DNA of 64,000 nucleotides. Origin: the human T2T-CHM13v2.0 reference genome, Homo sapiens. The stretch is taken from NCBI RefSeq assembly GCF_009914755.1, contig NC_060934.1; one strand, written 5' to 3'. Every line of letters starts with the position of its first letter. Positions within the stretch are counted from its first letter, which is position 1. Shown here piece after piece: positions 50,193-64,000 of this stretch. A program made the position numbers and the translations under genes. Under the pieces are notes generated by a model. The model did no database searches and was not told the origin of the DNA. It saw only the letters and a list, made by a program, of their open reading frames with translations.

Positions 50193-51793
50193 CTACATTC
50201 AAGCATTTAAATCCAGCCAATTAGATCTCTGCAGCATTTCACCTCTCATTTTCTTCTCTGCCACTGTTCTCTTTAAGAACTCATCTTTCTCTTTTATTAT
50301 TTTAGTGCCCTTCTATCTGATCTCTTCAACTTCATCTTATTATCAATAATCATTGCCACCAGATTTTTCTTCCAAAACCATCACATGGCTTATTCTATTT
50401 CCCTTCTCAGAAAACTACAGTGGCTCCCTCTTAGCTGCTAAGTAAAATCCAAATTGATCACGACATTTGAGGTTATAGCTCTCATACCAGCCTTGTCTCT
50501 CAAAGAGTCTCTTTATATGCCTTATGTTCCCATTCCATTTCTTAAATACATTTAATTTTCAGGTCTTCCCTATTTTGCTTGTGTATTAAACCTTATTTGA
50601 GCAAAGCCAGTTTCCTAGTATCTTCCAGTCAAATTCCTTCTCATTTCATCATTTCAAATGTTACCTCTTCCATAAAGCATCCCTTGATCAACTACTGGGA
50701 ATTATTCACTTCTATGTTACCTTATTAGAAACTGTTTAAAATTTATGCCATTCTTCCTGTGTTGTAACTAATTGTTTATTTATCTCCACTACAAAAGCTT
50801 AAGAAAACTTCTTGAGGAGACTGTGAGTTTTCTTTCTTTTTTCTTTTTTTTTTTTTTTGAGACAGTCTCAGTCTGTTGCCCAGACTGGAGTACAGTGGCG
50901 CAGTCTTGGCTCACTGCAACTCCCGCCTCCTGGGTTCAAGCAGTTGTTTGCCTCAGCCTCCCAATTAGCTGGGTTTACAGGCACCTGCCCCCATGCTCGG
51001 CTAATTTTTGTATTTTTAGTAGAGACGGGGTTTCACCATCATGGCCAGGCTGGTCTTGAACTCCTGACCTTGTGATCCACCCAAAGTGTTCAGCCTCCCA
51101 AAGTGCTGGGATTACAGGTATGAGCCACCACACCCAGCCAAGAGTGTGAGTTTTCTGCCTTCTGCATAGCACTCCTGAATTCCTTGGAAGCACTCAGTAA
51201 CTGATATTAATAATCTCTACAATATTGGAAATAGACATATTTAGTGTTCCTCTTTCTCGCTTAGCCAAAGCAAGTAAATTCCTATGAGCACTGATTTTTA
51301 TATAGTGCCTCTTTTGCTCTGTCACAGATTTGCTAGCCCATTTTCTGTATTATAATTTGCATTATCTCTAACTTAGGACACAGTGTGAAAGTAAGCTTCA
51401 AACATAAAGATGTATTTTATAGCATCTTGCCACTATTTTAGTGAGACATCTAGCTCCCTCAGCTAAACAACATGCTGACAACATGCTGAGGCCCAGCCAT
51501 GACCTTCTTGATGCCCCTCCATCTTGCCTCTCAGCCAAGATGAGCCAGGGAGTCTGTCCTGAGTTTTCCGTAACTTTATGTGCACCTTTTTGTTTCAGCT
51601 TAGTGTGTTAAAATTGTCTGTATTGTCTCTTCCAGAGTAGGCTGGTTTCTCTTTGGGAAAAGAGATTTTTCTTAATCGTCTTTGTATCCTTTATATCTGG
51701 CACAATACCTGGTGCCCAGTTCAGTGAATGATGAGGGAAGGGACTCTAATAATTTTAATACAGTGTACCTAACTACTGTTTTCTTACATGCAG

Positions 51794-51808
51794 GATTTCT
51801 GACTTCCG
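51794..51808 (+). CDS. MASTL: Candidate 15-nt in-frame MASTL microexon inserting GFLTS between exons 9 and 10
   Basis: CTAAC branch point, pyrimidine tract, TGCAG| acceptor, CCG|GTGAGT donor; phase 1-1 and no stop. Confidence 0.6.
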
Positions 51809-52282
51809 GTGAGTGAGCTTCTCTATAAAGTAATGCGGCAAAGCACATTAAACTGAACAGTCAAAGTATAACTAGATCACATTGCATAAAAAACTATTTT
51901 TCCTTTTAGCTCACTTGTGAAATACAAAAATGAACCGTCTTCTGTTTTCTGAGCAGCAAGACATCCAGAGAGGTGGTTCTTCTCTGTGAAAAGAAATATA
52001 GGCCTGAGGCGTTTTTCATCAACTTTTAAAGGTCGCACAGAGTGAAGACGCAGTCTTTTTTATTATAACAGAAGAAATAGTATTGATACAAATATTAAAA
52101 ATGGCTGGGCACTGTGGCTCACGCCTGTAATCCCAGCACTTTGGGAGGCCGAGTCAGGCAGGTCACCTGAGGTCAGGAGTTCGAGACCAGCCTGCCCAAC
52201 ATGGCGAAACCCCGTCTCCACTTAAAAAAAGGATAAAAATTAGCTGGGTGTGGTGGCTTATGCCTGTAATCCTAGCTACTCA

Positions 52283-52414
<132 letters not shown>

Positions 52415-53362
52415 CTACAGAAGGGCTCTAATTTTCCAAATCTTTTCATTTTATTATCATTAGAAAATAAAAAAGTGTAACAATATCAACATATCCCTAT
52501 AAACTAAAGAAATGAGTTTTGAATTAGAAAGCCAGCAATGTAAAACAAATCTATTCTTTTTTTGTGGCTAATAACATATAATTGCAAAGTTTTATTCCAT
52601 TATGTGATCTTATTAGACTTTGACTTAAGTATATGGGTATGTGTGGCATATCCATAGAGAAATCATGTATTTTTTTTTTTTTTAACACAAGTATATTTTG
52701 GCTGAGCTGGTAAAAGGGGCCTAATTTCTAACCTAAGTAAAATAAGGAAATTTTTTTTTTCTAATTCCCCCCTACTTTTCTGTTATTTGGTTACATTATC
52801 TAATCCATTGGGATAATTCTTTCTCAGTGCTGCTTGAAAGGCCTACTAACTGAGGTGGTTTGTATGTTTTTATAGTATTATAGAAATAGAAGCCTATAGA
52901 ATATTTGCATTTTGTATTCCTTTAAGGGAAGATGGGATTATATGGCTCGCAGGTAAAATGGCACTCTAAATGCATGCAGCTATTTTTCCTAAAATCAGAT
53001 TCCACAATGCTTTCCTAGTTGTCTTAAAATGCAATGGTGGCAGTTGTTTAACCACAATAAAGAATTTTGTGAAGTTGTCTTTAAAGAGTAACTTTCAGGC
53101 AAATTTAGCACTAGACTAGGATGCCTATTCTTAATTTATATTGAAGTTATCCATTTTTGAACTAAAATTAACCTTTTCTTAGGAAACACTTTGTTCATAG
53201 AACTAAAGTATAAACCAGTTTATAGTTTATAAGATCATATTTAAAATAATCGTTAAAAACATCTTTGTGGCCAGGTGCAGTGGCTCACGCCTGTAATCCA
53301 AGCACTTTGGGAGACTGAGGCAGGTGGATCGCAAGGTCAGGAGATCGAGACCATCCTGGCTA

Positions 53363-53623
<261 letters not shown>

Positions 53624-54114
53624 TCAGTTTTACCTATATCTTAAGACATCTCCTACTTACCTCTTGAAACCATAGTTTAAGTGAATATTCTTTGTTAAAC
53701 TAATTTGTCCCTCTCTGTTCCTAAAAGGAATAAAGCCACATTAAAATACTCTGTAATTAAGGCCTTCCCTAGTTACCAGGCTTTCCTCCAATTACTATAA
53801 ATGTTGCTGCCTTATCTCATACCTTGTGCGGGATACAGAATAATCATGTAAATGTTTACATTTCCTGATATGAAATTGAGTAGTAGTCTGCCTATTTTAG
53901 AGAATAATTTTAGGATTTAAGATACATAACATATCCAGAATATCAGAAATTATTAATAAATGAAAAAAATGGCTTTATCTTCTCTTTAACCAGCTGTGGT
54001 AATTGGTAATCTAAACTTCTTGGAAAATAAAGAGGAAAGCAGTTGTCACATTGCCCAAGTGAAAACAATGTGGGTTTTTGCACTTTTGATTATACCAAAA
54101 TGTTCACATACTAA

Positions 54115-54872
<758 letters not shown>

Positions 54873-54903
54873 ATTAATATTTCTGTTCATCAAATATTTG
54901 TAG

Positions 54904-55405
<502 letters not shown>

Positions 55406-55430
55406 TTATCTCTGGATACTATTATTTTGA

Positions 55431-55586
<156 letters not shown>

Positions 55587-55878
55587 TAATACATTGTTTT
55601 ACCATTGATTTTTTGCAGATGGTGAATATTTATAAAAATAGCAAGTTCTGGCTGGGCGTGGTGGCTCACGCCTGTAATCCCAGCACTTTGGGAGGCTGAG
55701 GCGGGCTGATCACAAGGTCAGGAGTTCAAGACCAGCCTGTCCGATATGGCGAAAGCCCATCTCTACTAAAAAATACAAAAATTGGCCGGGTGTGGTGGCT
55801 CAGGCCTGTAATCCAAGCACTCTGGTAGGCCGAGGCAGGCGGATCACGAGATCAGGAGATCGAGACCATCCTGGCTTA

Positions 55879-56091
<213 letters not shown>

Positions 56092-56094
56092 TTA

Positions 56095-56235
<141 letters not shown>

Positions 56236-57691
56236 TCAAAAAAAAAAAAAAAATCAAGTTCCAATATAATACTACAGATAATCTGACTGCTAAATTGGTA
56301 CAAAGATAATTCGATTTATTTCTCCCCTCTAGGTATGCATTGATATATTGGTCCTTATTCTACATGAAAATTCAATGTGTCACATGGTAGAAGAGGCAAA
56401 AAAAATTTAGTGTGGTCAAATGGCAATACTGTATTCATGCATTAGATTTTATTAATCGGTGGGTGTGGTAGCTCATGCCTATACTCCAAGCACTTTGGGA
56501 GGCTGCAGCTGGCAATCGTTTGAGCTCAGGGGTTTGTGTCCAGCCTGGGCAACATGGTGAAACTGTCTCTACAAAAAATACAAAAAATAGCCAAGCAAGG
56601 CAGTGCGCACCTGTAGTTCCAGCTACTTGGGGGCTTAGGCAGGAAGATTACTTGAGCCCAGGAGGTCGAGGCTACAGCGAGCCATGTTCACGCCACTGCA
56701 TTTCAGCCTGGGAAACAAAGTGAGACTCTGGCTCAAAAAAAATTATTTATCTCAAGTATCTAAAACAATCTTACCTCTTTTTTTTTTTTTAACATACGTT
56801 ATTATTGCTATTTATTTATTTAAAGACAGTGTCTCACTATGTTGCTTAGGCTGGTCTTGAACTCCTGGGCTCAAAGGATCCTCCCACCTCAGCCTCCCCA
56901 AAATGCTGAATTACAGGTGTGAGCCACCTTGCCTGTCCTAAAACAATCTTGTTAGTGTCTTGGGTTTTTCAAAGCCTGATAAAGTTAAGGAAATACAGGA
57001 AATCTTTTTTTATGAAACCCTCTGTTCTGTCATTTTTAAAAACAAATTTATTTTCCCTAATCTTGCGAGAGAGATGTTCTGTAATTTCTTATTGCTTCAT
57101 TTTTGATACTATTATTTATTGATAAATGTACTGGATCCCAGGTTGGCTCAAGACAAACTTGGTATATTATAAACCACTCAGTAGTTTTCTCAATGCAGGA
57201 GTATATTAAGCCCTAATTTGGAAACTAGTAAATCTCATTAGCAGCTGCCTTAAAATTCTTTTGTTGTTGTTGTTGTTGTTGTTGTTGAGACAGAGACTTG
57301 CTCTGTCACCAGGCTGCAGTGCATGCAGTGGTGCGATCTCGGCTCACTGCAACCTCCGCCTCCCAGGTTCAAGTGATTCTCCTGCCTCAGCCCCCCAAGT
57401 AGCTGGGACTACAGGCATGTGCCACCACGCCCAGCTAATTTTTGTATTTTTTAGTAGAGATGGGGTTTCACCATGTTGGCCAGGATGGTCTCGATCTCTT
57501 GACCTTGTGATCCTCCTGCCTCGGCCTCCCAAAGTGCTGGGATTTTAAAATTCCTTTTGTAACGAGGTATGGTAATATAGAGAAAAGCATTACGTCCCAA
57601 AATGCATTTCTTTATCAAGTAGAATGTATTCAGGAAAATGAGCTTCAGAAATGTGTCATTTGCATCAGCTTCTAGGTGTTCCCTGTAATAA

Positions 57692-58015
<324 letters not shown>

Positions 58016-58536
58016 TGATTTAACCAATCCTATAGAGTGCCTTCTAGGAGCTAGGTGATATTGCTTCAGGCCCTGGGAATACCCTAGGGATGATCTAGAC
58101 TCAGATCCCTGTCCTCGTGGAACTTACATTCTAGTGGAAAGAGAGACAGTGAACAGTTACAGACACAACATAATGTCATGTAGTGGTAAATACTAGGAAG
58201 AAAAATAAAGCAGGGTGAGAGGATATGAAGTGATGGCACGAGACTTCTTTTTAGACAGTGTGGTCAGGAGGACCTCTGTGAAGAGGGGCATTTGAGCAGA
58301 AACCTGTGTAAAGTGAGGGAGCAGACATTTGGAAAGTCAGCTCTAGCTTTTTCAAGGCACTTCAGACTTAGATTATACTACTTAAAACATATAAACACAC
58401 ACACGTTTCAACTTCTGATGCTGTACATTGGATTTGGACATACTGAGTCCTTGTAGTATTATTTCAGAATAGATGTGAGTGTCTGAATGCAACATATTGG
58501 TCAGATTGCCATTATAAAAAACACTATCACATATAA

Positions 58537-58875
<339 letters not shown>

Positions 58876-59259
58876 TAGGTAGAAGGAAATAGGAACAATG
58901 ACAGGTAATGAAATGGCAGTAAAGAGGTGAGGAAGGCTTTGAAATCTTGTAAGCAGAGCAGCTCGGTGATATAGAGCTTCCAATGTAGCCATAAGCTAGA
59001 AGTCAATATGTTGTAGAGATGCAAGTCAGTGAAATCAAGGAAGTCAAAGAACCATGAAGAGAACGTGTCAGAACTGTCATCAGTATCTATTCTTGAAGTC
59101 ACCATGAAGGATAAGGATGGAGCACAGGGAAGAAAGGGAGAGGGGGGTGAGCTTCATGCTAAAGCTGTCTAGGGCAATAGATACTGCTAAGGAGCGTGGT
59201 GATAGAAACAGGTGGCAAGGCCTTAGAGTCAAAACTGGAGCATTCATCATGGAAGATCA

Positions 59260-59741
<482 letters not shown>

Positions 59742-59744
59742 CTA

Positions 59745-60131
<387 letters not shown>

Positions 60132-60372
60132 TCATTCTGTCATTAAACAAATACAAACCAGGCACCTGTCATATGCCAAGTGATATTCAAAATGGCCCAT
60201 GTAGACCTTTGTGAAGTATGTGGCCTAACAGACATTAAACAAATGTCTGTGAAACTGACATAATAAAGTAAGGTAAGTTATATGTGAGACATTCTCTTTT
60301 TATAATAATTCCTGTAAAGCAGTACTTACTTAGGTAATGATATCATACTGTTTTGTTTTATATTTTTCCTAA

Positions 60373-60531
<159 letters not shown>

Positions 60532-60800
60532 CACAAAAATTTTCCTTTTAGTCTAGCCTCGTGTTATAGAATGAACTTGCATAATTATATACTCCTTAAT
60601 ACTAGATTGATCTAAGGGGGAAAGATCATTATTTAACCTAGTTCAATGTGCTTTTAATGTACGTTACAGCTTTCACAGAGTTAAAAGGCTGAAAGGAATA
60701 TAGTCAGTAATTTATCTTAACCTCAAAACTGTATATAAATCTTCAAAGCTTTTTTCATCTATTTATTTTGTTTATTGCACTTTATGAAAACTGAAGCATC

Positions 60801-60898
60801 AATAAAATTAGAGGACACTATTGAGAGTGAGCCACTAGCTTGATTTTCTTTCTCCTCTGATTTCAGTTCACTGTTCAGTTTAGCATTAAAATAATAAA
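60801..60898 (+). terminator. Candidate MASTL polyadenylation signals (AATAAA 60801, ATTAAA 60885, AATAAA 60893); further hexamers at 61353 and 62063
   Basis: Canonical hexamers 270-370 nt after the stop codon; usage cannot be determined from sequence alone. Confidence 0.55.
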
Positions 60899-60999
60899 AT
60901 AATCATACAGTTCCATTTGATTGTAATTTACTTGCATATGATTACCTTCAAAAGCTGTGTTCTTGAGGGCAATCATTTAAGGCCATACTTGTGACCTCA

Positions 61000-61327
<328 letters not shown>

Positions 61328-61451
61328 TTAGTAACTCCTTTGGGGAATAAGGAATAAACAAAAAGACTAAGGCTTTCACTTACTTTACTAATGATACGGT
61401 TTTGCCACCTTAATTTCTATTGGTGCGTAGTCCACAATATGTATTTGTTTA

Positions 61452-61763
<312 letters not shown>

Positions 61764-62897
61764 CTACTGGAACAATTAGGTGTGATATAATGTAGCAATT
61801 TGAATAGCTTGTTCAATTTTAATAGAAAATGTGATGCTTTACATCTTATTGTCATTTATTTAAAACATGCAACATTATCAGAAACAGATTGGTCCTTAAA
61901 AAACAAAACATAATTTTCTTTTGCTTAATAAATATAACTATCACAAGTACATTATCTGTCAACATCATTCTTTTCAACAAAGCGAGACCCCATTTCCGGG
62001 GGAAAAAAAACTTGTTCCTTTTGCACATCGGGTTTAGTGTTTTTACTTTCCATTACCATCCCAATAAACAGCCCTGTTGCAATGTAGTTGACAAAATGTA
62101 CAAATTTAAAATGGTTACAGTGAAAGATACACCATTATAATTAGTGCTATATAACTGAATCCATGGGTTAATGGTTTTACTGAGCTTGTTTTAGTAATAA
62201 CTAAGATTTAATGGTCACTTCTAGTAAAATGTTCAAAATACAGTTGTTCAAAACTTTGAATTACATCTTTCCCTTAAATTAGGCAAAAGCATAGAATTAT
62301 CTATTATCCTTTTATGGTATTTGCCAGTAGTAGAAAGAAAAAAAGTTTGGGAATCAAACACAAATTGTTGAAATCACTGCTCTGCCACAATAAAAGGCCT
62401 CTGGCAGGTTAAACTGAGCTATTGATGACTCACTGTATAGTGGGGATTAATAGTGATTAATTTGGAGAGTTGGAATGAACAGAGTAGATTGAGGAACAAG
62501 CCAATTTAGTTGCTACCCAGGATATTAACCTTAACAGGGACTTGAAACATTACTGAATAATCGGGGAAATGTTCTCTGAGCATATTCCCAATGCACAAGA
62601 CAATGGCCTTGAGTGGAAAGTTACACTGTTTACTAACAGACCTAGCATGTGAAGCTATAGTCACTTGAAATTCAGCCACAGGTAAGGCATGCTGTAATGG
62701 TATTTATTGGGAACAGGTGACTTATTATCTAAATTTATACCTGTCAAGATGTAGATTCAGACACTTGCTAGGGAAAAACCTAAGAGGAAAGAACAATGGG
62801 AAAAAGGGGATGGTTTTGACAGCTGATGTATATGTGTGCATGCACGTCTTTAAAAAACACCAACGGCCACCAATAGAAATCCACGCATCTTTTGCTA

Positions 62898-63226
62898 TGA
62901 AGGAAATCAGAACATATCATCCTAAAATTCCTCTTTGACATAAAAATATTTTTGAGCTAAAGGCAGTTAAGAAGCAGCAAACTGAGGAAAGCTCTCGCCA
63001 TCCCCCTGCCTTTCTGCCCAAAGGCAGGATATAACTTCTCCTTTGCTGGAGACAATTCTAGAGTCTTATCTACCAGGGACAGCACCAGAGGAATTGGCAA
63101 AGAAACCTTATTCAATTAGTTTCCTCCCACATACAGTGTTTGCCTTCCCAAAGGTTCCAGTCCTTGGAAGCCTAAAACCACTTTCCTTTGTCCTGTCATT
63201 TCTCTACAAATGTATTGTTCTTTGTT
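62898..63226 (+). mobile_element. MER34-like LTR fragment
   Basis: Starts TGAAGGAAATCAGAA...TTTGACATA; family recalled from memory. Confidence 0.5.
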
Positions 63227-63488
63227 GGCCAGGCTGGTCTCAAACTCCGGACTTCGTGATCCACCCGCCTCAGCCTCCCAAAATGCTGGGATTACAGGCG
63301 TGAGCCACCCGGCCAGCTATATACAGTTTGTATTAATAAAAAATAATTTGTGGCTGGGCATAGTGGCTCACGCCTTTATTTCCAGCACTTTGGACAGCCA
63401 AGGTGGGATGATTGCTTGAGGCCAGGAGTTAGAGACTACCCTGGCCAACATAGCAAGACCCTGTCTCTATCTAAATTTTTTAAAAACC

Positions 63489-63765
63489 GTCATTCTCAGC
63501 AAACTATCGCAAGGATAAAAAACCAAACACCGCATGTTCTCACTCATAGGTGGGAATTGAACAATGAAAACACTTGGACACATGAAGGGGAACATCACAC
63601 ACAGGGCCTGTTGTGGGGTGGGAGGGGGGAGGGATAGCATTAGGAGATATACCTAATGTAAATGACGAGTTAATGGGTGCAGCACACCAACATGGCACAT
63701 GTATACATATGTAACAAACCTGCACGTTGTGCACATGTACCCTAGAACTTAAAGTATAATAAAAA
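63489..63765 (+). mobile_element. 5'-truncated primate L1PA 3' end (ORF2 C-terminal tip plus 3' UTR)
   Basis: CATTCTCAGCAAACTATCGCAAGG...ATGTTCTCACTCATAGGTGGGAATTGA...CCCTAGAACTTAAAGTATAATAAAAA. Confidence 0.92.
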
Positions 63766-64000
63766 TATATATATATGTATAAATAAACTTTTGTTTTCAC
63801 AACGGCATAATGTTTATTGGATGAATTTAGAAAAAGAGTAAAAAGAAAAAATAAGTTGGTATCTGTTAAAGGAAAATGTTTTATTCTTACATGAAAAATG
63901 CAAAATAATAGATGTGACTTGTTTTCCTTTGGAGCTCCAAAATAAAAATATCAGTAAACACTTATCTAAAAAAATAAAATAATAATTGTTTTTTAGGCTG

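Overview
Human-like (primate), AT-rich and very Alu-dense genomic DNA matching the chr10p12 YME1L1/MASTL locus. Minus strand: the 5' ten coding exons of YME1L1 (mitochondrial i-AAA protease; ATG at 28233, gene continues off the left edge), including the optional 171-nt exon. Plus strand: the complete 12-exon MASTL/Greatwall kinase CDS (ATG 29450 to TAG 60531). Hand-splicing with GT-AG junctions gives 879 aa, or 878 aa via a NAGNAG acceptor. The two genes are head-to-head across a CpG-island promoter. Introns hold about 70 Alu pieces (counted by eye) plus MER41, LTR18-like, MLT1, MST, MER34-like, Tigger2a, L1 and L2 remnants. Almost all ORFs in the supplied track are Alu or intron noise. I found no novel multi-gene system. 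The best leads are regulatory: a 15-nt in-frame MASTL microexon candidate with a UGC-containing acceptor, a 26-nt poison microexon candidate, a cryptic acceptor duplicated by a 114-bp tandem duplication, a strong-context uORF just upstream of the MASTL ATG, a MER41 LTR retaining a GAS site near the shared promoter, and inverted Alus bracketing the large exon 8. Repeat family names come from remembered consensus sequences, not from a search.
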